A stretch of 61,610 nucleotides of DNA, counting the filler, from Nemertoderma westbladi (taxonomy: Eukaryota; Animalia; Xenacoelomorpha), in NCBI GenBank assembly GCA_032718475.1. It is 3 parts of 3 records of this genome, joined end to end, with 100 filler letters (N's around TTAATTAATTAA, not from the genome) between each part and the next. Parts side by side here need not be neighbours in the genome. Positions count along the whole stretch, not along the records: positions 1 to 30,268 come from JAUCBJ010001776.1; 2 more parts are not named here. One strand, written 5' to 3'. A program made the position numbers and the translations under genes. Of the stretch, positions 1 through 13,615 are shown piece after piece. The stretch's first letter is position 1. Each line of letters opens with the position of its first letter. The notes beneath the pieces were generated by a model. The model was not told the DNA's origin and made no database searches. It saw nothing but the letters and a program-made list of their open reading frames with translations.

Positions 1-24
1 TGCATGTATTTTCCATGATCGTAA

Positions 25-1318
25 ATGGATGAGAAAAGTCTTCTTAAGAAGAAACTTACACTGGATAGAGTACAAAAGTACCGTGAGAAGTTGAAAAAAT
101 CTGGAAAATATGAAGAATTCAGAAAAGTGGAAAGAGTGAAGGAGAAATATCGTAGAGATATGTAGGTTGAAAAGTAAACGTTGCATGAGAAAAGGTACAC
201 GTTTCCAAGTTACAAATGATGCTGCAAAATTGGCTGCATTTCGAAGTAAAGATGCAGCTAGGAAACGAGCTGAAAGGGCTAAAGAAAAGTAAGAGAGGCA
301 GATACAATTGGAGATCCAATGTAGAAATAAACGTTATTTGCAATCCGCCCGAACACGGCGCAGAAAGGAAAATATTCGGAGAAATTTATTGATTAGAAAG
401 CTACAAGCAACAGTAGTTAATCTGACACACACGAACCGTAAGTTAAGAATGCGGCTCCTTCTATTAACTAAGGAAAAATCCAAAACACCTTCAACACCAC
501 CTCAACACGATATCAGTGACTTATCAAAGACGATGACTCCTCGCACAAAAAGGAAAGTTGTTAGATGTTCATCGATATCCACGCTGAAGAGGCTTCGTAA
601 AATGGGTTGTAGATTACGTCCTGAGTCATCAACTCCACGCTCTCCAAATGAAAACTCATTGCGAATGGCAGTGGAGGCATTTGGAAGACAGGACAATGTG
701 TCATGTCTTTGTCCTGATAAGAAAAAGGCAATTGTTGAAGACAGGTTGGGTTTAAGTAAATCGGTTATACCTATCAGGTATAGGATGGAACATTTGGAAA
801 TTTTACATGGCAGATTCATGGTTGAAATGGATCGAGACTGCTCGTATTCAATATTCACTAAGTATTGGCCTAAGGATGTTGTTAAACCACGTGCCTCTGA
901 CTGGGGATCTTGCCTGTGTGTAAAGTGTGTAAACCACCAATTAATGATTGAATCTCTCGTAAATGCTAAGCTTTTGCCTCATGGGTCGACTGTGGAAGAT
1001 TATGCCGATAAGCCGCCTAATTGGCCGCCTGTTTGTCTTCGCTAGTATCAAACCTATCAGGCATGGACAACAGCGTTACATACAGGGTGGATAATTGTGT
1101 TCACTCTCGCGTTACAGGCATGGACAAAAACGTTACAGGCTGGACATTCTTTTTTGCCCTATATTTTTTAATTGCGTAACCCTGGCCATGGGAAAATATC
1201 ACAGTTAGATTCAGCTCGAAAAGACCTTTCCAAATATATATAATTTTATGTATTTACTAAAAGTTAAAATTTGACCAAAAAATCACTCAATTTTGGCCAC
1301 TTTTTGTGATTTTGAGCC
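25..1318 (+). mobile_element. Decayed, internally truncated Sola2-type DNA transposon (transposase N-terminal half plus probable right end)
   Basis: ORF 308-1045 has F-x-R-x-D-x-VS..PDKKK, SYSIFTKYWP and CLCVKCVN motifs collinear with the intact transposase at 19977. The K/R-rich reading extends upstream to about 25 with stops, and the catalytic domain is absent. The end at 1318 (revcomp GGCTCAAAATCACAAAAAGTGG) and subterminal GATTCAGCTCG..CTTTCCAA resemble the right end of the 18956-23264 element. Confidence 0.7.
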
Positions 1319-1493
1319 TACAGTAGCGAGTAAAAAAAACAATATCTACCTTAATTTATAATATTTATCTAGTAATGTTCTAGAACACTTACCAATAAAA
1401 AAAATACTGTATTTTTAAAATTTCAAAAATACTCGCTAGTAAAAAAACACTAGCTACCATAAAAAAAAAATATCTACTAATGTTCTAGAACAT

Positions 1494-2047
1494 TGCAAGA
1501 ATTATTGTTCGCTGAAGGCCATTTATTATATTTAATAAATACACAATATTCTAGAACGTGTTATTTATTTTATGAGTTGGTTGGCAACAACGGTATGCCT
1601 ATACAATATCTATATTGCCTAGCTAATCATACATAAACAAATTGTTCCAGAATATTGTGTATTTATTAAATAGAATAAATGGCCTGCAGTGAACAATAAT
1701 TCTTGCAATCTTTGAATGCCTATTTCTCAGCTGTTTCTCAACGAAATTCAGACATTGTTACATATTTGGAATCCTTGCAACGCAAGCTTTTTATTGATGT
1801 GAAAAAATTACGACTAAAGTGAAGAATGGCAATGATACAGAGGGTGCGATTTCGCAAAAGACACTTTTTTAAAACGCTTATAAATAAAATTTAAAGGCGA
1901 AATTGAAAATTCCGGCTTCAGGGTAACAACCACGGTGAGTTGAACTAGTTGTGTTTCAAATTTCAAGCAATATGATAAAGATTTGTAGAAAAATTTGAGG
2001 GGGGGTCCGTGTCATCAGAAAATGACACTATATTACGGGACATGGTG
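1494..2047. mobile_element. Partial copy of the TA-flanked foldback MITE family seen intact at 32098-32843
   Basis: Internal inverted repeat of about 64 bp (1494-1557 vs 1644-1708); right terminus GACACTATATTACGGGACATGGTG|TA. Confidence 0.6.
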
Positions 2048-2599
2048 TATAGATTTTATAAATATAACTAGTTTTTCGCAAGCTGCATGTTGTTATCATA
2101 GCTTTTTTCTTGTGTTTTGGAATATATTTGTTATTCTTATTCATTTCTTATTATTTTTGCTTAAGCATGTCTTTTTTAATTTCTAGCTCATGCTTTTGAG
2201 AAATTAATAACTGTGGAAATTGTGATCGTTACATGGACAGGCACATCAACCAACATTGGTTTCTTCGGTACTAGTGCAGTTTGCGTACACCCCCACCAAA
2301 TGATGTTATATTAGCAAGATTTTGCTATTATATTTATGAAAATGTTCTAAAACAAATTTTTCTCCTATTTAAAAAAAAAATGTTCCAGAACAAGTTTTTT
2401 GTTCTAGATTATCTTACTAGAAAGGCATTTCCTAAAGGAAATGCAACCACGAAGCTAAGGAAAATTAAACAAACCGCCACTCTTCGGTTCGTTGCTTAAC
2501 CTAGTTTAGTAGCATTTCACAATAATTAACTAGAATTGAAACTGGAAACGAGAGTTCTCTTGAACTGTTGGTTTAACCTTTGAAAAAATATCCAGTCCA

Positions 2600-4020
2600 G
2601 ATTGTGGTTCAGATAACACATATACCGAGTTTTAGAAAATATTGTAGTTTATGTCAAAATTACCGATTTTCTATCAAAATGCATCGGTTTGCAGTGGTTG
2701 GTTGTCTTGAAAAGTGAAAAATATAACAATGTAATTCAGATGCAGAATAAGTGTTATAGTGGGGATAGTGGTTGGTCCCCTTAACCTTATGCTTCAAATT
2801 GTCATTTTATAAATTCGATCTGTTTAGCCTGGTTGCCCTGATAACTGGATATTCTAATTTACCTCAATCGGTTCGACTATTGTCCTCATCATTGAGTTGA
2901 AAAACCCCAAGTTTATATATATTACAGTTTTGCTAGAAATAGAGTTATAAATATAGACTTGAATGATGTAAACTTTAGTACACTTCAGTTGCCATATAGA
3001 TATTTCTGGAAAGTTTTGAGTTTTACAAAATGTACCAGCTTGTGGTCCTGATAACACATACCAAGTTTTGGAAAATTTAAACGTGAGTTTAATGTCCAAA
3101 ATGAACGATTTTTGAATCAAAACGTCTGTTTACAGCGGTTGTCATGGAAACTGAAAAATAGAACAATGGAATTCGGATGCAGAATAAGTGTTATAGTGGG
3201 GGTAGGGGATGGTCCTAAGGCATAATAACTTTAACTTTTGCTTCAAATTATCATTTTATATATTTTAACATCTGTTTAGACTGGTTGCCAAGGTAACTAG
3301 ATTTTCTGATTAACCTGAATCGGCTCCCTTATGGCCCTTATAGTTGAGTTGAGAAACCCAACGTTTATATATATTACAGTTTTCCTACAAATAGAGTTAA
3401 AAATATACACTTGAATGACATGTACTTTAATAAACTCCAGCTACCATGGTAACTAGATATTTCTGGAATGTATTGAGTTTCACTAAAAGTTCCAACTAGT
3501 GGACCAGATAACACATACCCAGTTTCGGATATTTTTATCGCGAAGTCTATGTCCATATGAGCTATATTTATATCAAAACAACTGTTTTCAGCGGTTGTCA
3601 TGGGAACTGAAAAATGGAACAGTGAAATTCGGATGCAGAATAAGTTATATAGTGGGGGTAGGGGATGGTCCTAAGTCTTCACACCTTAACCTTCCTTAGG
3701 CTTCAAATTAACATTTTATAAATTTTATCATCTGTTTAACCCGGTTGCCAAGTTAACTGGATTTTCTATTTAACCTCAATCGGCTCTGATATGGCCCTTA
3801 TGCTTAGGTTGAGAAACCCCCAAGTTTATATCTACTAGAATTTTCCTACAAATAGAGTTAAAATATTGACTTGAAATACATAGACTTTTTATGAAGTCCG
3901 TTGCCATGGAAACCAGATTTTTCCCAGACATGTGACCTATCCCACACGATGCGCCTTGGTGAGTAGTATATACATGCAAAATTTCAGGGTACTTTTTCAA
4001 GGCTAGTTATGGCTGGACTT
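2600..4020. repeat. About three diverged tandem copies of a 440-460 bp unit, probably inside a non-autonomous element
   Basis: GATGCAGAATAAG recurs at about 2740, 3176 and 3633; ATAACACATA recurs at about 2613, 3051 and 3508. Confidence 0.7.
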
Positions 4021-4693
4021 AAAAAGGACCATATCTGCCTCAAATCAGGAAAAGGGCCCACTGAATACACCATCTCAGCTAAGGAAAATCTTTCTTAGCG
4101 AAAGTAGTTGATTTTCCTTACCTTCGTGGATAAAAAATATATATATATTAGTGGTGCGAGATTTTTTAAATTGATTTGTATTCATAACTATTAATTGCAA
4201 TAAATTATCACGGTCGCTAGTTATCATTATGATACTGTATGTAGTGTTTTTTCATTAGCTAATAAAATACACCTCCCACCAAGTATTTTATATAAAGCAG
4301 CTAATTTTTTTTTATCATAGCTAGTGATTATTAATTTTGTACAGAAAGGGCTACCCATGGTGTACGCGGGGCATATTCATTCCTATACCTGTTATAGGGC
4401 GGATGCAGATGAACCATATACACTACATGTATAAATACTATTATTATATAAAGTATTATTTTGTTGATATATATAGACCTACACAACTTAGTAGTTAACA
4501 ATAATATTAAATTAGGCCCTACTGTTATTATTATATATCTCGTTACGTAAATGCTAACAATACCGTACATAACAATTTTAATGTGTGAAACATTTTTTTA
4601 CCTACCACAATGAATTAATAATTATCTAGTTGCTAAGATAACGCCAGTAATAATAATAACAGTAGGCCTAGGCCTAGTAAAATACAATAGAAA

Positions 4694-6460
4694 TAGTCCG
4701 GCAGCAAAGTGATGAACCGTGCAATTTTATACCCATAAAATGTCTCATCAGTTTCATGACCACAATACCATACTAATCGATATTAGGGAGGATGTCGCTC
4801 TCTCAGCCTTGAGCAATTTGAATAAAACGTGTTTCCATGTCAACAGCGACTGAGACCCTAGCAACCGCTGTTATAAACACTCAATATCTATAAATTTCAC
4901 ACCAAATTGGTCTCTATCGATGATAGCCAATGCAATAGACTCGAAGCACTGTTGCCATGGTAACCGTTGTTAGTTGCAGTAATCTTCGTGTAACGCCATA
5001 TTTAACACCAATTTAAGCAATAGAAAACTACAGTGACTCTATTCCCAGTATATCAAGGTTATTCAACTTTGTTTCGAGTCACGGTTATCATCGTTGCTAA
5101 GTCCAATAGGATCTCCAAAGGCCCCCTACCAACCAGCGATATAAGCATTATATGACTATGATATCAAGATATATATATTCCACTGTACCATCACTGAGTT
5201 ACTATTGCCCCGACCAGGCATTAAAAGATGTAGATTTCGCACCCTAGTACATAGTTAGTCATATTATTTTATAATTTAATAATATGGTGGTATTGTATGC
5301 ATGTTGTTTTGGTGTAATCAAATGTTGAAAATATAATATTAAAATCACATATAATAAAGCTTGAAATGTATTACATCCAAACACGCAAGCCGGTTATCAA
5401 CAAGCAGAAACGTGACTGGCGCAAGTTTACAGTGCTGCTTCCCAGTGGTTAGTTACAGTACAGACATATCTTCATTTCGTTACCTGTTCCGTCCCCCTTT
5501 GGGAATCTCTACATTTCCTGGCTTGGCCTCCTGGGAATGCCTTCAGTTGCGGGGCGAAACCTATCGATCAGTTGGCTGCCGTTATCTGATCACTGATTGC
5601 ATGCAACGTCTAGGTCTTGTTGCTTTTTAGTTTTTTACATACTTTGGCACTGACATACCTACCGGTAAGGTTTTTACTTAAAGTGCTTGATTAATAAATA
5701 AAATACAATTAACTCTTTATTATTGGATTTTCAAGCTTCAACTTCAATTATTAAATATACAGTAATATTATCTAATCAAAAACATTTTTTTATTTTAATT
5801 TTGATAATTGATATATCAATTTATTACTAGTAATAATTGTGAACTAAAATACTTACCAAAAGGTAATTCTTCTACAATAATTCCTGCGAATATCAACGAC
5901 CTTTGAAATCCCACTATGCACTAATGTACGATACAGCGGCAGTATGTTGAAACAGTACAATCATATAGTCATAGAATGCTTTGGTAGCTGGTTGCTACAG
6001 TATGATATACTACAGTAGTTACCGTAGCAACGGTTGTCATAATAACTGTGACTCGAATTGTCGAATACAAGTTCAGTATGCGATATACTAAGAATATGTT
6101 GATACTGAGGTCGCATAATGGTTAAGGTGGTGTTTGCTATGGCGTGAACCGAAGATTACTGCCCTAGCAACGGTTACCAGGGTAACAGTGGTTTGAAAAT
6201 AAGCCCATCGAATTCGCAATCATTGGTTTAGTCAAGTTTGGGGTAAATCCTGTAACCATTGTGTGTTTAAAACATGACAGCTGCAGATAAACACCCCGGT
6301 AACCATGGTGACACAATTTATGAGAAATGCTCAAGGTTGTAGGGGCGACACCCTCCTAAATATTGTTCAGCAGGGTCTAATGAGTACAAAACCGATGAAA
6401 CATTTTATGGGTATAAAAAAACACGGTTCACCAAAATTTGTGCTATTTGCTGCCGGACTA
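4694..6460. mobile_element. Foldback/MITE-like element (about 1.77 kb) with long imperfect inverted arms
   Basis: Termini TAGTCCGGCAGCAAA / TTTGCTGCCGGACTA; further inverted blocks TTTTATACCCATAAAATGT vs ACATTTTATGGGTATAAAA and CTGTTGCCATGGTAACCGTTG vs CAACGGTTACCAGGGTAACAG. Confidence 0.7.
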
Positions 6461-6569
6461 AAAGCAGAATCATTATCGGCAGGTCTGGTTTGTATTTGAG
6501 AAATCCAAATACATATAATCAACCCGATGAAATGAAGATTTTATTTCGCATATTTCTAAAATGTTTTAA

Positions 6570-7860
6570 TTTCTGGCCACTAGCGGCAGACTGGAGAACT
6601 TCTGATAGATTACTGCCCAAACAAAGACGCAGCCTGTTGGTTGACTACGGTCTGCCAAGTTTAAGCTAAAACTGATAACAAATAACGAAATGAGAGAAGG
6701 TTTTCACTTTCAGATATTTCGCTCTCTAGCGGCAGACTGGAGAACTACTGACCGATCACCTTCACCAAGACACAACATGTGGTATAGTACATACATATAT
6801 GCCAAGATTCAGCTTAAACAAATTAAAATCAAGGAAATGGGGACAGGGGGAAGGTCATCACTTATATACATTTCACCCTCTAGCGACAGACTGGAGAACT
6901 ACAGACCGATACAGACACCACAAAGACGGGATATGTTCTAGCACATATATGACAAGGTTCAGCTTGAACGGATCATGAATATCGTAATGGGTCAAGGATT
7001 TCACTTTCAGACATGTAGCCCTCTATCGACAGACTAGAGAACTGCAGACGGATGGAGCATCCTTTGAATTAGAGTTAATCATCTGGTACAAATCTGCCAA
7101 GTTTCAGTTTGAACGGATTAAAAGCAAAGAAATGAGAATCAACCTCCATCCCCACTATATCGAGTATAAGGAAAAATATGCAATATGTTTCAGTATCTAG
7201 ATGCCATGGCAACATTGTTAACAAAGTGTTTTCAATATCACTTAGCTGTTTTGACTACATAAAAAAGCGCATTTTTAAAGATGAGTGAGGTTTATGTGAT
7301 GTGATGTTACGTATATTTAAGAGATATTATATTTGTCATCACTTTATGCCCTATAACATTCTTAAATAAATGAAATTACATTGTGCTAAGAATTGTAATT
7401 ACGACAGTACTCAGTGCACATAACAATGTTAGGCCTACAAGGATAAGAACAGTGCGCATGCCAGCCGCTAGGGGGCTACATGAGTAAACATTAAATGTCC
7501 TTCCATTTCCTTGCTTTTATTTCATTCAAGGTAAAACTTGGCAGATATGTACTAGACAATCAGTTGTATATTTCAAGAGAGGCTAATCCGTCTGCTGTTC
7601 TCAAGTCTACCGCTAGAGGGCGAAATGTCTAATATATATATATATTTATAAAAGAGCGCATTAGAATTTATAATGTTCTTTCAAACAATACATTATTGAC
7701 ATATAAGAGAGGTTGATATGTTATGTATGGCACATGCTTCCTCTAGCGGCAGACTGGAGAACTGCTGGCCGATCAACCTGCTCACAAAGTCGCAGCATGT
7801 GGTCTAGTACATATATGCCAAGTTTTACCTCAACGGAATAAAAGCAAATAAATGGAAGGA
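6570..7860 (+). repeat. Degenerate copies of the CTCTAGCGGCAGACTGGAGAACT repeat family (about 145-bp subunits)
   Basis: Motif recurs at about 6579, 6724, 6877, 7022 and 7741, and again at 12836 and 13151. Confidence 0.65.
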
Positions 7861-8195
7861 TATTTAAGGCAAGGGCGCAACCAGGGGGGCAGGGTCTAGG
7901 GGGTCAGCTGACCCCCCCAAAGCTGGAAAAGGTACACTTTTAAAGGAATAACTTTATAGATAAATACATACATTACACGAACTCCGCATTTTTATATTTC
8001 TTTTTGACTGTCAATATATCAGTTTCGAACCAGCAGTGTCCTCTAGACCAGCTGCATTCCTCACAATTGATTTAAATGACAAACATAAAGATTGAGGATG
8101 AGTAATACCCAGCAGTAGACAGTCTTCATATTAACATATATTATAATACCGGCCTTTATAATATATAAATTTATAAATTATTATAATTTAAAGGT

Positions 8196-9062
8196 CATCT
8201 ATCCCATCATAGTAGACATGTACCGAACAACAAGAGTCCCACAGGAAATGAAAACAAATAAGTTGGTGCCAGTTCCCAAGAAGGGCAACCTAACACTCTA
8301 TGGTTCTTTTCGGGGAATCTCATTGATCTCGATTGCTGCAAAGCTATACAATAGAATTCTATTAAATCGCATCAAGGATCCCATTGAGAGACTGCTCCGA
8401 AATCAGAATGGGTTCCGTAAAGGTCGTGGGACCATGGAGCCCATTTTGGCACTTAGAATGATAATTGAAGAGTTATCAAAAAAGAAAGACAGGCATCTGG
8501 CTGTATCTTTGTTGACTTCTTCAAGGCCTTTGATTCAGTCGAGCACGTATGTTCAGCATTCTTTCATTATATGGGATTCCTGATGAAATTATTGCAGCAA
8601 TCAGATCAGTATATGATGGTTCGACAATATTTGTGTCTACTGTTGACGGTGACACAGAACCATTTGAAGTGTTATGGGGCGTTCTCCAGGGAGACACACT
8701 TGCACCATTCTTGTTCATAATTGTGGTTGAATATGTTCTACGCATGACCTTAGATCATCATAATGATGATGGGGTGATGATAACTCCACGTACTGGCTCC
8801 AGAAGTCAAGTACCTAACTGATCTAGACTTTGCTGATGACATAAGAGTACTCTCAGAATCACTAGAGGGAGCCCAACGGCTCCTCAACTCATTAGAACAT
8901 GCTGCTTCTAGTGTTGGTCTTTTTATTAACTCCAGAAAGACCAACATTTTGACAGTGAGGACCTTCGAATACGTAAGGGAAAGGCATTGGCAGCCTTGAA
9001 TAGGCTTTCCAGGATTTGGAAGTCACCGAGGATTAATCGGAAACTTAAGGTCCGATTATTTG
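8196..9062 (+). mobile_element. RTE-clade non-LTR retrotransposon fragment (RT), frameshifted and internally deleted
   Basis: VPVPKKG, FRGISL, QNGFRKGR, GVLQGDTLAPFLF and DLDFADD motifs; near-collinear with the copy at 54606-56111; jumps from TNILT directly to EDLRIRKGKA. Confidence 0.85.
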
Positions 9063-10283
9063 TCAAACTATTATCAAACTTGTCACATAATATATCCGTA
9101 TTTCCTATCACATCTCCTCCAAGGAGTGGTGCATAATAATGAACTGTGCGGGTATAATTAAAACTGTGCGGCCATTTAAAAGAAGTTGTTCCTGGTATAG
9201 TTTAACCTTGAACCTTTAAACTAAAATTTGGTGCATCCGATGTATCTGTTCACTACCTATTGCAAATTATTTATTTATTTTTTTATATTGTAGTTAGTTA
9301 TTTATGCTTAAAAAATAGTTTAATTTATTTGCTGCATTAATTAATTGTTGCTTATAAGTTATATGGGGGGTGGGGGGTACCCCTCTTTCGAATCTTTTTC
9401 AAAATTGTTTTTATTATTCACTCTAGAGCACATTTTTATCAAAATCCAAATTTGAAAACCGATTAGCAACAAGATCTATATCTATTACTTTTTGAGATAT
9501 GGCTGTCTGTCCGTTTGACTGAACGTCAGTATGTCTGTCCGTCAATAAAAAGCATACTATCTGTCTAAAAAATACCGTATATGGGTTTTCGGGGTCGGTG
9601 ACTTCATTTCTGATGTCATTATTCAAATTTGGCCTCGTCGTTTCTGTCTATATGCCTGTCAGTCTATCCGTTAAACTATAACTGACAGGGGTGGGTTGCT
9701 GGACGCCCTACTTAACCCCTATTAGTTAAAAGCGCTTTTAAAAAACTTTAAATAACGCTATTAGCTTAATAAGGTTGCTTGACGACACCCCTTTAACCTT
9801 AGTAAGTTTAACCTTAACCTTTAACCGACACCCCTTAGTAAGACAACTATTTTCTATGGAGCCACTAATAGGGGTTAAAAGTTACTTCGAAGCACCTTTT
9901 AGTTGCTATAAAGGCTATAACAATAATGCATTATATATTTTTGTACCATAACATCATTAATATCGTGTCATTTTTTGTGGCCACATTTGTTCTAGAACAA
10001 TAAATATATCAATGTTTAATGTCAAATATATTCTAGAATAATCATACTATACTAGAACCAATATTATAAGTTATAATGATCATTAAAGTGACTTAAAGCT
10101 ACGAAGTCCAAAAAACGTAGAGGGTTGCCTCCATGGCGATATATTACCCTAATTAGATTCTAGAAATATATTATTTCGTATTATTTAATGTTTTTATTTC
10201 GGTATCTTACACATGCAAGTTTATTTTTTATTATGTCAGTGCATTTGATGTTGATGCTTGACAACATAACGCAAATGTAGTTA

Positions 10284-10425
10284 AATCGTGAGCGCGTATT
10301 AAAAGTAAAGACAACCCATTTGAGGTTTTCAGTGACAAAGAACTGATCCAAAGGTTTCGGTTTGATAAATCAGCTATTATAGACATTTCAGATATCATTC
10401 GCCACGATTTTAAGAGATATGATTA
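10284..10425 (+). pseudogene. Harbinger transposase N-terminal remnant
   Basis: Reads NRERVLK then, after a frameshift, DNPFEVFSDKELIQRFRFDKSAIIDISDIIRHDF. This matches the typical Harbinger N-terminus RER..NP.E..SD.ELI.R[YF]RF. Confidence 0.6.
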
Positions 10426-10499
10426 ATTAATACATAATAAATATTTATTTATTAATTCAACTTTTTACTTTTATTATTTTATTTATTGACGCGGGGGTG

Positions 10500-10569
10500 G
10501 TCTAACGCATTCCACTAGACAGGCTCGTTCTTTGTCATTCCATGCTGGCTTTCTATTTCTTTTCGCCAT
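10500..10569 (-). pseudogene. Harbinger Myb/SANT-like DNA-binding protein N-terminal remnant
   Basis: Minus-strand MAKRNRKPAWNDKERACLVECVR resembles the RKP-x-[WF]-x-x-x-E-x-x-x-LVE-x-V start of Harbinger ORF2. Confidence 0.5.
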
Positions 10570-10818
10570 CTTAATGTCTAAGTTAGTATGTAGTATAATG
10601 AGAGTCTCATTCGTATATTTAGGCAAGTCAATCTATCATAATACCCAAAATATATTTCCTTCCTATCATAAATTTTAGTGACAGAAAAATTTATTTTCTA
10701 ATCACATTTTCATGCTCGAACGCAGGTCGAATACTGTAGGACCGTAATACATACAGTACATATAATTTGTATGAAATTATGTAAATAAATAAATCAATTT
10801 ATATACGCAAAGAGCGAG

Positions 10819-12207
10819 TTGTTTTTCTTGGGGCCCGAGACAGAAGAATCACGTGCCAAGATCCAGATGGGGTTCGATGCTATCTGTGCCGGCATCCCAT
10901 GCCCGCCGCTGGATCAGCTGACCATTCTTGGCGCCCCCATCGGAGAATCTGCCATCGCCTCTTGCCTCACAGCCAAGGTCGGCGACCTCACCACTCTAGT
11001 TAGCCGGCTTCCACTCCTTGACGCACATCACGGCTTTTTCATCCTGAGGAACTCATTTGCCATACCCAGGCTGATGTACTTCCTTAGGGCTGCCCCATGT
11101 TTTAGGTTCCCCACCCTTCTTAGGGACTATGATCGAGTGCTTCGTGGTGCCCTTCAAGTGGTTGCCAATACAGAAATTGGTGACCCAGCATGGGCCCAGG
11201 TTTGCCTACCAGCACGGGTTGGCGGTCTTGGTTTGGGATCAGCAGTGCAGCTCGCACCCTCTGCCTTCCTGGCTTCTGCGGCTGCATGTTCAACCCTTTC
11301 AAACCGCTTGTACCCTTCCGCAGGGATGCCGAGCCCAGCACGGGAATTAGCCATGACCATACGGAATGCGTCACTCCCCCCTGACTCAGCGCCACCCACT
11401 GTGTCAACACAGAGGGTGTGGATGGCGCCCATCCATCAAGAAAGCTTCGCCACCCTCCGTCTTGTAGCTTCTACTCTCGACCTTGCTCGACTGAACTCCC
11501 TCGATCACCCGACGCCTGGCTGCTGGCTTGATGCTCTTCCAAGTGCAGCTCTGGGGCTAAAACTAAGCGATGCGCAGTTTCGAATTGCCATCGCCATTCG
11601 CCTTGGAGAAAAGGTGGTAGAGCCCCACGTCTGCGACCGTTGTGGCAATCCAGTAGCGTCCAATGGTCTACATGGTCTCTCATGCCGGAGGAGCGCAGGC
11701 CGGTTCCCTCGCCACACCATGGTTAATGATATTGTGAGACGGGCATTGGTCAGCTGTGGGGTTCCCTCCATTCTGGAAACATCAGGACTCTGCCGCAATG
11801 ACGGGAAGCGTGTAGACGGGGTGACACTTGTGCCTTGGTCCCAGGGTCGAATGCTAACCTGGGATGCCACAGTGGTTGACCCCCTTGCCCCTAGTCACCG
11901 CCAACAGACGCTAATTGCAGGGGGTCGTGCTGCAGAGGGTGCCGAACAGGGAAAGAACTTGACATATGCGGAGGTGATGGAGCGGGGGCATATATTTCAC
12001 CCTGTTGCGTTCGAGACCCTGGGGCGCCCCGGTCCGGAGACGTCCTCCTTCCTCCAGGAGATTGGGGCCCGTCTCCACACCATGACGCATGAGCTGCGCT
12101 CCGACAGGTTTCTACTTCAGCGTATCGTCATGGCCATTCTGGTGGGCAACGCGGCGTCTGCCCTGGCAACTGCTGGCCCATCCCCTGGTGGACTCTTTGG
12201 GGATTAG
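10819..12207 (+). mobile_element. 5'-truncated CRE-like (RLE-type) non-LTR retrotransposon ORF: RT C-terminus, zinc knuckle and restriction-like endonuclease
   Basis: ILGAPIG, LPARVGGLG, CDRCG..H.LSC, RHTMVNDIV, RVDGVTLVPWSQG..TWDATV and FHPVAFETLG motifs; uninterrupted for 462 codons and much more GC-rich than its flanks. Confidence 0.85.
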
Positions 12208-12499
12208 GGCCCGGTCAGTAGCCTTTGCCGTAGCATACTCTACCGCAATGTTAAATGTATCGTATATTACACGAAGTGGGGCCTTCGCGCAGCACGTGAC
12301 TTAAATTTAATTTAAGTACTAATTCGAAAGTATTACTGTATTAGCAAATTTTAAGCAGATTTCGCCTAATCACTTTTTACCTCTTTCATTTCTATTCAGA
12401 CATTTCTGACTCTAGCGGTATAGTGAGAACTGAAGATGGATTAGGGTCTCCAGCCCCACAAAGACACAGCCTATGGATGAATAGTACATACGTACATCG

Positions 12500-13445
12500 G
12501 CCAAGTTTCATCTTGAATAACGGATAACGAAATGAGAGACGGATCTCACTTTCAGAAATTTCGTCGTATAGCGGCAGACCGATTAAATCTCCCCCCCCCC
12601 CCACAAAGACGCAGCATGTGGTCCAGAATATATGGCAAGATTCAGCTTAAACTGATTAAAATCAATGAGACGGGAGAATCTATTCACTTTCAGGCATAAA
12701 GTAGTCCTATAGCGGGTGACTGTTGAACTGATTTTCAACAAAACAAATTTTCAACTTGGCAGCTTTAAATTCGACAAAGTTAGAAGCATGTCAATATCAT
12801 AACGACGACAACGATTTCACTTTCAGACATTTGGCCCTCTAGCGGCAGACTGGAGAACTGCAGATGGATTCGCCTCCTTTGAAAGTCACAGCTAATGGTC
12901 TAATACATATCTGCCAAGTTTCAGCTTAAACGGATTAAAAGCAAAGAAATGGGAGGGCATTTAATGTTTAGACATGTGGCCCTCTAGCGGGAGACCATTG
13001 CACTGATGGTGTCTGAAAGTCTCTCAAAAATCTCAACTTTAGCTCATATTGATACCTACAAATTTTCAACTTGGCAGCTTTAAATCCGACAAAGTTATTA
13101 GCATGTCAAAATCGTAACGACGACAACGATTTCACTTTCAGACCTTTGGCCCTCTAGCGGCAGACTGGAGAACTGCAGATGGATTCGCCTCCTTTGAAAG
13201 TCACAGCTAATGGTCTAATACATATCTGCCAAGTTTCAGCTTAAACGGATTAAAAGCAAAGAAATGGGAGGGCATATAATGTTTAGACATGTGGCCCTCT
13301 AGCGGGAGACCATTGCACTGATGGTGTCTGAAAGTCTCTCAAAAATCTCAACTTTTGCTCATATTGATACCTACAAATTTTCAACTTGGCAGCTTTAAAT
13401 CCGACAAAGTTATTAGCATGTCAAAATCGTAACGACGACGACGAC

Positions 13446-13535
<90 letters not shown>

Positions 13536-13615
13536 AACTATTTGCATAAATTGACCCACCCCCTAACAGTGTCAATTCGCTAAGGCTCCGCCAACTTCGT
13601 GGCTCGCCCCAAAAT
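12500..13615. mobile_element. Helentron-associated (HINE-like) non-autonomous element with 315-bp tandem units and an (ACG)n tract
   Basis: Near-identical units start at 12744, 13059 and 13374, followed by the microsatellite and the terminal CTTCGTGGCTCGCCCC-AAAAT. A short sibling copy lies at about 43430-43530. The HINE assignment is inferred from architecture only. Confidence 0.5.
13432..13537. repeat. (ACG/GAC)n microsatellite, about 35 units
   Basis: Directly visible. The equivalent position in the upstream 315-bp units has only about 4 units. Confidence 0.95.

Noticed and set aside
13381-13583. Poly-Asp / poly-Arg ORFs
   Set aside because: Translation of the (ACG)n microsatellite.
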